Source: Candidatus Heimdallarchaeota archaeon (GTDB lineage Archaea; Asgardarchaeota; Heimdallarchaeia; JABLTI01). Taken from it: DNA of 32,000 nt. Shown one piece after another: positions 1 to 9,464 of the stretch. The notes under the pieces are model-generated. The model saw only the letters and a program-made list of their open reading frames with translations, ran no database searches and was not told the DNA's origin. The stretch covers positions 10,087 through 42,086 of the forward strand of contig JAUWKS010000028.1 in NCBI GenBank assembly GCA_030614005.1, given 5' to 3'. Position 1 is the stretch's first letter. Every line of letters begins with the position of its first letter. The position numbers and the translations under genes are program-made.

Positions 1-65
1 ATTTACCTTTAATTCTTTTGGTTAATTTCTTTAATAATAGTAACTTTCATTTTTATCTGTAAAGA

Positions 66-557
66 TTATTCCTCATTTTCATTTGTATTCTCTTCAAAGT
101 CTTTTTCTATTTTTCTATTTTCCACTAGTTTACTTTTGAACATAGCTAATAATAGATAAGATATTGCAATTCCTGTTGTAATACCTAAACCAACAGAACT
201 TGTATAGATGAATAGCCAATTTCCTTGGGTTGGATCGCTTACACTATATTTCAAAATTAACGAGAGTATTAGTGAAATAGCTAAAACACCCATTGTAAAT
301 AAGAAGAGTATATTTCTATCGAAATTCTTTTCCAATTTCAAGAAAATAAATAAACTAAAAATTGTAAGAATTGCCCCACTTCCAGCACCGATGCCAATAT
401 ACATGAGAACATTCAAAGCGATTTCTTGACTAAATAAGATCCAAATAATAACAATGAATAATGCACCCATAACTACTAAGGTTAGCATTAGTATTATTGA
501 CATAAATCGAGATTCGAAGAGTGCTTTTGCTTTTTCTTGTTTTTCTTCTGATGCCAT
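66..557 (-). CDS. Small integral membrane protein (about 4 TM helices), unknown function
   Basis: 163 aa ORF with an ATG start, four hydrophobic stretches and charged termini. It is divergent from the PLP enzyme across an AT-rich spacer. Confidence 0.75.
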   Translation of the reverse strand: MASEEKQEKAKALFESRFMSIILMLTLVVMGALFIVIIWILFSQEIALNVLMYIGIGAGSGAILTIFSLFIFLKLEKNFDRNILFLFTMGVLAISLILSLILKYSVSDPTQGNWLFIYTSSVGLGITTGIAISYLLLAMFKSKLVENRKIEKDFEENTNENEE

Positions 558-680
558 TAGCTTGTCTCCTACAATTGAAAAAAAAATGCTTGTTACGATT
601 TAAAATTCCTTTCATCAAAATTAGTATCAATTTATTTAAAAAGTTAGATTTAAATCATTTATATAAAAAAAAGAAATCAG

Positions 681-1934
681 GTGTTAGAATTGACAGAGAA
701 GTATGTTGATCCATCAAAAGGTATTGGTGTAAAATCCAGTAAAATCATCAAGCAAGAGAATCTTGGAAAAAGAATTGGTACAGCAGTTGTTCATGCCGGA
801 GAAGAGATCAATCCTCAAACGAGAGGTGTTGTTTCCCCAATTGATTTCTCTACTACTTATGCTTATAAAACAGCTGAAGAATGGGCTGATGTGTTTTATC
901 GAGGAAAAGAAGGATATGCATACTCCCGACATGGAAATCCAACTCGAGCAATATTCGAAAAGAAGATTGCAATACTTGAAAATGGTGAAGCTGGTATTGG
1001 TTTTAGTTCTGGAATGGCGGCGATTTCATCTGCAATATTCACCTTTTTAGAAACGGGTGATGAAATAGTTATTACTGATCGTTGTTATCCTGGTACTCGT
1101 CACTTGTTAAATCAATATCTAAAGAGGTGGGGTTTCAAAGTTCATTTTGTTAATGCTACAAATATTGATAATGTCAGTGAGAAAATTACCAAAAAAACAA
1201 AAATAGTCTATATGGAGGGTCCTGCTAATCCTACCTTATCCTTGTGTGATATTGAAGCAACAGTAAAACTAGCTAAGGAAGCAGGTGCTAAATATTTCTT
1301 TGATAACACGTTTGCTAGTCCAATAAATCAACAACCAATGGATTTAGGAGCAGATGTTATTATTCACAGTGTAACAAAATATCTTGGAGGGCACAGTGAC
1401 GTTTTGGGGGGAGCAATTGTTTCTTCAGCAGAAGATCGTGCTGAAATTATGAATACCACCGTTTATTATGGAGGAGTCATGGCGCCATTTGATGCTTGGC
1501 TAACTATACGGGGAATAAAAACACTCGAGTTGCGAGTTAAAAGACATAATTTAAATTCACTAGCTTTGGCTGAATTCCTGGAAGATCATCCAAAAGTTCG
1601 AGAGGTTTACCATCCTGGATTAAAGAGTCATCCCCAACATGCACTTGCTAAAAAGCAGATGAAAGGTTTTGGTGGCATGGTAAGTTTCTGTGTTGGCAAA
1701 AGCGATGCGGATGGTGGAACTTTTCTCAATGCGCTGAAAATTGTCAAACGTGCAAGTAGTTTAGGTAGTGTTGAATCTCTTGCTCAGGCATCTGGTAGCA
1801 TGATTTACCTTGAATTTACAGAAGAAGAAAAACGAGCAATTGGTATTAATCCTGGTTTCATTCGTTTCTCTACCGGCATTGAAGACAAAGATGATTTAAT
1901 CGAAGATGTTGATCAGGCCTTAAGTAAGATCTAA
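681..1934 (+). CDS. PLP-dependent trans-sulfuration enzyme (cystathionine gamma-synthase/lyase, methionine gamma-lyase family)
   Basis: Motifs YSRHGNPT, SGMAAI, DNTF, HSVTKYLGGHSD (PLP lysine) and GFGGMVSF. The true start may be TTG at 690, which follows AGGTG. Confidence 0.95.
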   Translation: MLELTEKYVDPSKGIGVKSSKIIKQENLGKRIGTAVVHAGEEINPQTRGVVSPIDFSTTYAYKTAEEWADVFYRGKEGYAYSRHGNPTRAIFEKKIAILENGEAGIGFSSGMAAISSAIFTFLETGDEIVITDRCYPGTRHLLNQYLKRWGFKVHFVNATNIDNVSEKITKKTKIVYMEGPANPTLSLCDIEATVKLAKEAGAKYFFDNTFASPINQQPMDLGADVIIHSVTKYLGGHSDVLGGAIVSSAEDRAEIMNTTVYYGGVMAPFDAWLTIRGIKTLELRVKRHNLNSLALAEFLEDHPKVREVYHPGLKSHPQHALAKKQMKGFGGMVSFCVGKSDADGGTFLNALKIVKRASSLGSVESLAQASGSMIYLEFTEEEKRAIGINPGFIRFSTGIEDKDDLIEDVDQALSKI

Positions 1935-2084
1935 TTATTCCTTTTTTACTTCCTAATTAATACTTACCTTTAAATATCAAGGGTTGAAAGCATAGTTAGA
2001 GGTCTTACCTCTTATCTCTACCTATTACACAAATAATCAATTATTTTCCATTTTTTGCTACAATATTTAATAGGTGTGAAAAAA

Positions 2085-2744
2085 ATGAGATACGTATTCG
2101 AACCATTAATCCTACAGGCAATTTGTAAAGAAGTGTTAAAGAATGTTGAAAACTCAAATAAAAATTCAGAACAGAAGTTAAATGAATTATTTGATAAACT
2201 AACTGCGAAATTGGCTCAAGAGTTTCCAACTTATATTAATACAGAAGAACGTAATTGGATTTTTAACAATGCTGGTGGCGCAATGGGGTCACTAACATTA
2301 TTACACGGGTCTCTGAAGGAATATTTGATTTTTTTTGGTACTCCTATTGGTACACATGGTCATTCAGGAAGATATCGAAGAGCAGATGTTTTTGATATAA
2401 TGTTAGATGGAGAAATGCTATGTTATAACGAAGATGAAATCACTCGAGCAACTTATTTGCCTGGTGATATGGCAATTCTAAAACGAAAACTAGCAAAAAG
2501 TTATCGAGTACCTGAAAGAGCTTGGATGTTAGAATACGCCCGAGGTAGTATTCCCGCTATGATTAGATTTGGCATTGGTGATAATCTCTACAGTAATTTT
2601 GATTATAAAAGCTCAAATCAGCTCATCAGAACTTACGGTAAAATGGTTGTTAAGAATCTCTTTAAGCTAAAGAAGAAAAGAAACTTACCTGTGAGCGAAA
2701 TTTATCGGGAAATTTTTTTACAGAGTAAAATTGATACATTATAA
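2085..2744 (+). CDS. ERG2 / sigma-1 receptor family protein (C-8 sterol isomerase-like cupin), lacking the N-terminal TM helix
   Basis: WIFNNAGGAMG, EYLIFFGT, GHSGRY and WMLEYARGSIP match yeast Erg2/human SIGMAR1 signatures recalled from memory. ATG 2085 follows an AGGTG RBS; the ORF track starts at TTG 2055. Confidence 0.9.
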   Translation: MRYVFEPLILQAICKEVLKNVENSNKNSEQKLNELFDKLTAKLAQEFPTYINTEERNWIFNNAGGAMGSLTLLHGSLKEYLIFFGTPIGTHGHSGRYRRADVFDIMLDGEMLCYNEDEITRATYLPGDMAILKRKLAKSYRVPERAWMLEYARGSIPAMIRFGIGDNLYSNFDYKSSNQLIRTYGKMVVKNLFKLKKKRNLPVSEIYREIFLQSKIDTL

Positions 2745-2777
2745 TAGTATCAATCCATAGAAGTTAAATCACTAACA

Positions 2778-4001
2778 CTAAGTTTTTCGATTAACTTCCA
2801 TTATTTTTTCAGCTAGTTTTATTGTAGAATTGTACCCATTTTCAGCCGATTTTGTTGGAAGAACAATACTACAGAATGGATCTCCTTTTTCAAGGAGAAC
2901 ATTATAATGAGTTCGGTCTACGATCCACTTACTTTTTGGATATTTCACTACTGGAAATTTTTCTTCAACATCTGAAAATAAAATACCTTTCACCGAGTAA
3001 TTATGATATTTGGGTTTCTTAGGAAGCTCATGAACAACTCCATTAAAAGCATCAATATGTAGTTTTACAACATTGTGACCTGTTGCATATTCTACACATT
3101 CCAGGCAGCCTTGGAATCGCGGATTAACTTCCATGAAAAAAAGCTTTTCATTTTTGATGACAAAATCGATTCCATTTGACCCAACTAAATCTAGTTTTAG
3201 AAAAATTTCTCTGATATTTTCTAGACTTTGATCAAGTAATTTAGGGTTTGTTTCTGTTTCTTTTAATGGAACGATATTGCCACAATAAGAAAAATCTCCG
3301 GGAGAATTAAAATTACTATCACCGATAATTTGTTTGTTTATCGAAAGAATCTGCACAACATCTTTTGCACAAATAACAGACGAGCTTGCATCTGAACCTT
3401 TGATAAACTCTTGTAACCAAACTTCTTTATCGTAGTTTTCGTCTTTCAACTCAAAGTATTCCTTAAGTTCAGTATATTTGGACCAGTACTTTATACCAAC
3501 TCCTCCTCCGCCACCAGAACCTCTTGTAACAAGAGGAAATGGTCTATTTTTTGCCTCTTCTACTAGCTCCTCAATATTTGTGAATGATTGGGAAAACGGA
3601 ATATGAAAACCAGCATCCTCAGCAATTTTAAACATCGCTTTTTTATCTCTGGTTAAAGCAAATTTTTCAGGAGAATTTGCATATACTTTTGGTCCTAACT
3701 GATTGAATTGCTCAACAATTTCTGGATAACGATCAAACGCAGATCCAAATAGAATTCCATCAAAATCTCTTTGTTCATCTATCATAATTTCAGAAAGAAT
3801 ATAGAGATATTCCGGTGGAGAACGATGCAAAGGTCGATGAAGTGTTTGTCCTGGTTTTTGTCTTAGAACAGAAAAACAATTTTTGGAAATGTTAATTAAA
3901 TCCATGTCTCCAAAATAATCAATTGTACCAATATCATAGCCTGCATTTTTTGCTGCTTTAGCGATAGGTCTGGCATTAAAGCCAGAAATTAGAAATTTCA
4001 T
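2778..4001 (-). CDS. ATP-grasp carboligase (COG2232-like, often linked to C1/cofactor genes)
   Basis: N-terminal GFNARPIAKAA...IDYFGDMDL and ATP-grasp motifs WLQEFIKG, YCGN, GSNGIDF and EVNPRFQG. Confidence 0.85.
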   Translation of the reverse strand: MKFLISGFNARPIAKAAKNAGYDIGTIDYFGDMDLINISKNCFSVLRQKPGQTLHRPLHRSPPEYLYILSEIMIDEQRDFDGILFGSAFDRYPEIVEQFNQLGPKVYANSPEKFALTRDKKAMFKIAEDAGFHIPFSQSFTNIEELVEEAKNRPFPLVTRGSGGGGGVGIKYWSKYTELKEYFELKDENYDKEVWLQEFIKGSDASSSVICAKDVVQILSINKQIIGDSNFNSPGDFSYCGNIVPLKETETNPKLLDQSLENIREIFLKLDLVGSNGIDFVIKNEKLFFMEVNPRFQGCLECVEYATGHNVVKLHIDAFNGVVHELPKKPKYHNYSVKGILFSDVEEKFPVVKYPKSKWIVDRTHYNVLLEKGDPFCSIVLPTKSAENGYNSTIKLAEKIMEVNRKT

Positions 4002-4018
4002 TGAAGTCTAGTCTCTAC

Positions 4019-4618
4019 TTATGCCATTTTTTCATTTATTTTATTAAAGGTATCCAATCCCGTTTCAAACAATTTGGTAAAACCAGGAATAGTTCTATCT
4101 CTGAAAAGAAGGAGTTGTTCCATTAATTGGAATTGTAGCATAGCTTGCTCGATAAATAGTTTTGAATGAATTGTTTTGTAATCTTCTACAATGAATTCGA
4201 TTTCAGCCAATGCAATACCTACTAGCTGCATTATGCCCCTAAATTCACCAAGAGATTTGGCATTTTCAAGCTTCTTTATGTTGAAATATATCAATTGGAG
4301 TTTTTGATCATACCTCGAACGTAATCGCAATAAAATAACTAATTCTTTAAAAAAATCTTCAAGCATACCGATCAATTCAACATCAGTCTCAAGCTTATTT
4401 GTTAATAATTCATTATCTTTTGTTCTTATTCCGCTTGAAGATACTAGTGATGGTAGAGCCTCTGCTGTATCTCTTAATATCTCTGTTAGCTCACACAGTG
4501 ATTCTTTCAATTCAGTAAGTAGTAACTTGTCTTTTTTGCTTATTGTCTTCCCTCTAGTTTTACTAGCAGGGGTTTGCTTTTTTGGTTTACTACTCTTTTT
4601 CTTTGTTGACATTGACAA
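4019..4618 (-). CDS. Hypothetical helical protein with a Lys/Ser-rich N-terminal tail
   Basis: 199 aa ORF directly upstream of, and co-oriented with, the ATP-grasp gene (17 bp gap). No recognisable motif. Confidence 0.75.
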   Translation of the reverse strand: MSMSTKKKSSKPKKQTPASKTRGKTISKKDKLLLTELKESLCELTEILRDTAEALPSLVSSSGIRTKDNELLTNKLETDVELIGMLEDFFKELVILLRLRSRYDQKLQLIYFNIKKLENAKSLGEFRGIMQLVGIALAEIEFIVEDYKTIHSKLFIEQAMLQFQLMEQLLLFRDRTIPGFTKLFETGLDTFNKINEKMA

Positions 4619-4788
4619 TCAACCTTTTGCTTTACATGCATTTACAATTTCAATAAGTATTTAGATGGTTTATCACGTTCTATTATCTATACTATCAATT
4701 AAATCCTTAGGAATAGCTAAAAACTAAAAAGGTTTCACTTCCTAAGTAAGTAAATAAGTAAAAAAAAGTAAATTAGGTGCCAATAATA

Positions 4789-5640
4789 ATGATACGTCAA
4801 CCCGCTGTTGCAGGATCATTTTACCCAAAAACAGAATCGCAATTAATTGAAATGATTGAACATTGTTTCAAAGATAGTGAAATTGGTCCAGGAGAATTAC
4901 CGGACAAATCCAATATACCTCCAAGAAAAGGGGAAATAGCTGGATTTATTGCTCCCCACGCTGGTTACATTTATTCTGGTCCTGTTGCTGCACATGCTTA
5001 TTTAAAACAGTACAAAGATGGGAAACCAGAATTCTTTGTTATAGTTGGTCCTAATCACCGAAATATTGGTCCTCCTATAAGTGTTTATTCTGAAGCTGCT
5101 TGGAACACTCCATTAGGTGATGCGATAATCCCTAAAGAAATTGTTACTAAAATTGTCAAACAACCCTATTTCCGGGCAGATACTGCTGCACATATGATGG
5201 AACATAGCATTGAAGTTCATGTTCCATTTTTACAATATTTATATGGTGGAGATGTGCCTATTATACCAATTTGTGTTAAAGATCAAAGTAAAGAAATGAG
5301 TGAAAGAATTGGTTTGTCTTTAGCAAAGGTATTAGCTGACCACGATTATTGTTTAATTGCTAGTACAGATCTCACTCATTTTGAAAGTGCTGATTCTGCT
5401 ATATCCAAAGACCAATTTGTAATTCAAAAGATAAAGCGAATGGACCCAGGTGGTTTAATTGATACTGTTGAAGAATATCGAATTACAATGTGTGGACCTG
5501 GACCAGTAGCTGCTGTATTAACTGCACTGAAAAAGAGTGGTTCTAAAGATGTTGAAATTTTGAAATATTCAACAAGCGGTGATATAACAGGTGACAAAAG
5601 CTCAATAGTTGCTTACCTTTCAGCAATAATAAAAAAATAA
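4789..5640 (+). CDS. amrB: MEMO1 family protein (AmmeMemoRadiSam system protein B)
   Basis: IRQPAVAGSFYP, PHAGYIYSG, GPNH, EHSIEVHVPFLQ, STDLTH and MCGPGP. ATG 4789 follows AGGTG; the ORF track starts at GTG 4777. Confidence 0.93.
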   Translation: MIRQPAVAGSFYPKTESQLIEMIEHCFKDSEIGPGELPDKSNIPPRKGEIAGFIAPHAGYIYSGPVAAHAYLKQYKDGKPEFFVIVGPNHRNIGPPISVYSEAAWNTPLGDAIIPKEIVTKIVKQPYFRADTAAHMMEHSIEVHVPFLQYLYGGDVPIIPICVKDQSKEMSERIGLSLAKVLADHDYCLIASTDLTHFESADSAISKDQFVIQKIKRMDPGGLIDTVEEYRITMCGPGPVAAVLTALKKSGSKDVEILKYSTSGDITGDKSSIVAYLSAIIKK

Positions 5641-5675
5641 ATGACTTTAGAATTCTTGCTGATTATACAAGAACT

Positions 5676-6041
5676 CTAACTTTCAACTTTTTCCTCTGTT
5701 AATTCGTCAAAGAATGAATTTCGTTCTTCCTCAGACATTGTTCGATCTAAGTATAACCACACTTTCGATCTCCACCCGCAATCTTGGCAGACATATACTG
5801 GATAGCTGTTAAAAATACCCATTTTCCCCATAACATCGATTTCTTTGATGCGTAAACTAAAGCATTTAGGACAAATTCTGATATCAGGTTCGCCCCATTG
5901 TTTCAATTTATCTAATTCTTCTGCTAAAGAAGCTATTTTTACAACATTCTCAATTTTTATTTTTTCCTCTGTTTTTTCTTCTTCTTCCTCTACAACCTTA
6001 GTTGATGGTTCACCGTATTTTTCTTTTTCTTCTTCAGACAT
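5676..6041 (-). CDS. Acidic zinc-ribbon protein
   Basis: CPKC and CQDC pairs with a Glu-rich N-terminus. ATG at 6041; the ORF extends to TTG 6056. Confidence 0.75.
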   Translation of the reverse strand: MSEEEKEKYGEPSTKVVEEEEEKTEEKIKIENVVKIASLAEELDKLKQWGEPDIRICPKCFSLRIKEIDVMGKMGIFNSYPVYVCQDCGWRSKVWLYLDRTMSEEERNSFFDELTEEKVES

Positions 6042-6384
6042 TTTTCTTCCATCCAAAATTGTTTAAAATAGGGTATAAACTACTTTTAATGTTCTCTTAA
6101 CTAAAAGATTTGTTATTCTGGTGAAATATCAAAGATTGTATATCTCTTTTCAATCTTTTTATTGACTTTTTTTTCAGAAAAAATATTCTTACGACAAAAA
6201 AGGGGTCATTTGTTATTAAAAATATCCACTAAACAATTAACTAAATAGTTATTTTATTAGTAACTGGTAAATACAAAAAACTTTTATCATTATTTCTAGT
6301 GATGTTTAACTTGTTGCACTATTATGAATGCGCGCGTGATAGTGTTTCCTATTCGGAAAAGTGTAAAGGAGGTCTCTCACAAGT

Positions 6385-6756
6385 TTGGATAGAAATGGCT
6401 TAACAGATATCGAGGTAAAACAGCGGATAGAAAATTATTTGGATAAACGAGGTGTAAAATACAGGAGAAACGTTCCCTTTGGCAATCGTAAAAAACTAAA
6501 TTATGTCTTTACTAATGATCATGGTGAAACGGTAGGTGTATATTTGTTGCTTTGGTGGCGACCAGTAACATATAGAACAATATTTGATTTAATAGATTGG
6601 TCAAATAATGAAGAAATTCATCGTTTAATCTTGATTTGCAGAATAATGGGGGAAAGGGCTCGAGAAATTATGCACAAAGAGCCCAGTAATGTCAGTTATA
6701 TCTTAGAATCTCGTTTCAGACGAGATGATTATAACCCGCTGCTTGCAGCATTTTAG
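6385..6756 (+). CDS. Small protein with a probable restriction-endonuclease-like (PD-(D/E)XK, Mrr-like) fold, catalytic residues apparently degenerate
   Basis: The pattern helix (E..IENYLDKRG), then Y.RNV..., a beta hairpin and a 'LILIC' strand resembles Mrr-cat-like domains. There is no clear D and ExK. GGAGG lies upstream. Confidence 0.5.
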   Translation: MDRNGLTDIEVKQRIENYLDKRGVKYRRNVPFGNRKKLNYVFTNDHGETVGVYLLLWWRPVTYRTIFDLIDWSNNEEIHRLILICRIMGERAREIMHKEPSNVSYILESRFRRDDYNPLLAAF

Positions 6757-6835
6757 CTAGTGAGGCTTGCCCTCTCTGCTATCACTTTTTCTCTTTCCTG
6801 ATAATTTACTCGAGTCAAGGATTATTTTTGTCAGA

Positions 6836-7327
6836 TTAATCAAATAGTCTTCGAACTAGTTTTACTTTTTGGTTTTCATCATTGTATGTTACAAGACCAT
6901 TATTTCTCAGATCAAATATGGTTCTCAATGTTGCTGCTGGTTGAATTCCACTTGCTTTTGAAAGTTCGTCCTTTGTCATGAGTGCTTTTTTGCCATGTAA
7001 GAGAGTGAGCATTCTCATATGTGCGTTACCATCTAGAACTTGTTCAGTCAGTATGATATAGAGTTTCATTACTTCTTGCAAATCTATTTCTACATCAGCT
7101 CTTCCTTTCAGATCCTCATACACACTCGAGAGCTCCATCATTTCCTCTTCCATTTGCTTCAATTTTTCTGTAGCAGACATCTTTTCTTTTTCAAAACTTT
7201 CTGATGCTCTTTTTGTTTCAGCTAATTTTTGATCATTAGCAGCAATTTTCGCTTCCAATTCTTTGATATAGCTTTGTATGCTGTCAAATGCATTTTGTAT
7301 CGTATCGTTTGTCAATATATAACCCAC
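6836..7327 (-). CDS. Coiled-coil protein with a C-terminal winged-helix domain
   Basis: Heptad-rich residues ~10-75, then MTKDELSKASGI...TLRTIFDLRNNGLVTY, a typical wHTH ending in a wing. Confidence 0.75.
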   Translation of the reverse strand: MGYILTNDTIQNAFDSIQSYIKELEAKIAANDQKLAETKRASESFEKEKMSATEKLKQMEEEMMELSSVYEDLKGRADVEIDLQEVMKLYIILTEQVLDGNAHMRMLTLLHGKKALMTKDELSKASGIQPAATLRTIFDLRNNGLVTYNDENQKVKLVRRLFD

Positions 7328-7520
7328 CTAAAGATACAAAGATTTTTTTACTTAAATATTCTTCGCACTTTCAAGCTTCTACCAATTGTTTGGAAAAAAT
7401 CATTATTCTTACCTAGAATAAATAAAAAAGTATCATTCCATAGTTTTAAAAGCAAATCAACCCGAAAAACTTTAAAGCAGATTTTAGTGCAAGCGTAATT
7501 ATAACCAAGAGGGTAATATA

Positions 7521-7805
7521 TTGTTTAACAAAGTTCCTGTCCGAAATGAAATTATTGCCGATGAAGTCGTTATAGGACCACCTGGTTTAACGAGGTTTGA
7601 GAAAGCTCGCATTTTGGGAGCAAGAGGACTACAAATTTCTTTAGGTGCACCAATCTTAATTAAAATTAAGAAAGATATTACCGATCCTATTCTCATTGCA
7701 GAAGAAGAATTATATAAGAATGTTCTACCTCTAACAATTGCCAGATTACTACCTGATGGGAAATTTCAAAATATACCATTGAGCTGGTTATTGAAAGGTA
7801 AATAG
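7521..7805 (+). CDS. rpoK: DNA-directed RNA polymerase subunit Rpo6 (K/omega)
   Basis: [22 protein letters not shown] and IAEEEL....[11 protein letters not shown]. Confidence 0.97.
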   Translation: MFNKVPVRNEIIADEVVIGPPGLTRFEKARILGARGLQISLGAPILIKIKKDITDPILIAEEELYKNVLPLTIARLLPDGKFQNIPLSWLLKGK

Positions 7806-7826
7806 ATTTTATTTTACCTTCCTTTT

Positions 7827-9194
7827 TTAATTTTGAATATTAAATGAATCCCCAGCTTTAGGTATGTAAGTGATCTTCTTTCTATCAAATTCTTTCTGTA
7901 CGGATTGTGCTGCTTCTTTAACACAATGAACAAATATGTACTTGTCACTGTTTATAGCTTTTAGCATTTTGACAAGTTCATTTCTTTGAGCGTGTCCTGA
8001 AAATTGGAATTGCTTCACTTTAGCTTTTATTTCAACATTGGTGCCTTGTCCTTTCCTACTTTTTGACCAATTGAATAACTGTATATTGCGTTCACCATCT
8101 ATGATAGATCTCCCAATAGTTCCTTCAACTTGATAACCGGATATTGCAATAAGATTTTCAGGAATGCCTGCGCCATGCAAAAGGTAAGAATGCATTGGTC
8201 CTCCCTCAAGCATACCTGAGGTGGAGAGAATGATGTTTGGTTTCTTTTCAGTAACAATCATTTTTCTGAATGTATCTAAATTATCGGCAATATTACGATT
8301 CATTGGAATAAAATTCCGTAGATCAAAGGGAACTTCGATTCTATGATCTTTGCACCAACTAAGTATTTTTTTAGAAACCCAATATTCAGTGAAATAACTA
8401 CGATAAATTCGGTTCATTTTCAAGAGCATTCCGTCCATGTAGATATTGAAATTGCTTCCAATGAACTCTCGAGCAAGAATCGCTTCTATTTCTTGTCCTC
8501 TCCCTAAAGCGAAAGTTGGGATTATTGTTATACCACTATTTCTTCTTGTATTATAGATTGCATCTACTATTGCGTGATTTGGTTTTTCTCTATTTGGTAA
8601 ATCTCTCAAACCATTTGTTGCTTCAGATATAACTACAGAAATGTCCTCAAGTTGTGGATATTTATTTGAATCGTGATAAGGAGTTGCGAAGGTATTAATG
8701 TCTCCTGTATAAAAAATAAGTTGTCCTTTCCAATTTAGCAAAATGCTTGCAGAACCTAATATATGTCCTGCGTCAAAAAATGTTGCAGTAACACCATCTG
8801 CAACTTTGAATGATCTATCGTAATAATGAGTGCTAATTTGATACAGAGTATCATACATATTATCTTCAGTCCAATGTCTCCCGCCTTCGATTTTAAGATG
8901 ATCTCTCCACAAAACAGCGCAAATTTCTTTTGTGGGATGAGTCATATGGATATCTCCTCTATAGCCCAGCCTAACTAATTTTGGAATATAACCTGAATGA
9001 TCAAAATGAGCGTGTGATAAAACAACCCCATGCAAATCTTTTGCTATTTCATCTATTCCTTCTGGGGCAACAGTAGGCTTTTTTGGACGAATTTTCAAAC
9101 CACAATCTAATAGTATTCTTGTATCTTTGTCTTCTAAGAGGATGGCACTTCGACCGATTTCTTGCGCTGCACCATATATTGTAATTTTTACCAA
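7827..9194 (-). CDS. Beta-CASP family MBL-fold ribonuclease (aCPSF-like, without KH domains)
   Basis: GAAQEIGRS, LDCG, SHAHFDHSG, AGHILGS, YTGD, FALGRGQE, GYQVEGTIG and FSGHA. Confidence 0.93.
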   Translation of the reverse strand: MVKITIYGAAQEIGRSAILLEDKDTRILLDCGLKIRPKKPTVAPEGIDEIAKDLHGVVLSHAHFDHSGYIPKLVRLGYRGDIHMTHPTKEICAVLWRDHLKIEGGRHWTEDNMYDTLYQISTHYYDRSFKVADGVTATFFDAGHILGSASILLNWKGQLIFYTGDINTFATPYHDSNKYPQLEDISVVISEATNGLRDLPNREKPNHAIVDAIYNTRRNSGITIIPTFALGRGQEIEAILAREFIGSNFNIYMDGMLLKMNRIYRSYFTEYWVSKKILSWCKDHRIEVPFDLRNFIPMNRNIADNLDTFRKMIVTEKKPNIILSTSGMLEGGPMHSYLLHGAGIPENLIAISGYQVEGTIGRSIIDGERNIQLFNWSKSRKGQGTNVEIKAKVKQFQFSGHAQRNELVKMLKAINSDKYIFVHCVKEAAQSVQKEFDRKKITYIPKAGDSFNIQN

Positions 9195-9464
9195 TTAAGT
9201 TTCACAACCGATAACATCTCAAATGTAAGTGAGATAATTTTGATGAAAACACATTCTGCAATAAGTGTTTCGATACTGCTTCTAATTAACTCACAAGAGT
9301 ATTTTATTCTTCTTGTTGCAAAAAGAACGAATTTACACAATTGTGAAAGGTTTATTTTCAGAAAGTACCAGTAATATAATGATAATGTATGTTTAAATAA
9401 AGGTTTGATAATTTGATATACATTCTAAAATGTTAGTAATAGAAATAAAATCGAGGTTTTCTCA

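Noticed and set aside
4744-4773. AAGTA-type short repeats upstream of the MEMO1 gene
   Set aside because: Irregular low-complexity A-rich sequence, with no evidence of a functional tandem array.
9336-9345. Perfect palindrome CACAATTGTG between the divergent beta-CASP and EAP30 genes
   Set aside because: A single 10-bp palindrome in AT-rich DNA with no second copy or cognate regulator seen, so it cannot be distinguished from chance.
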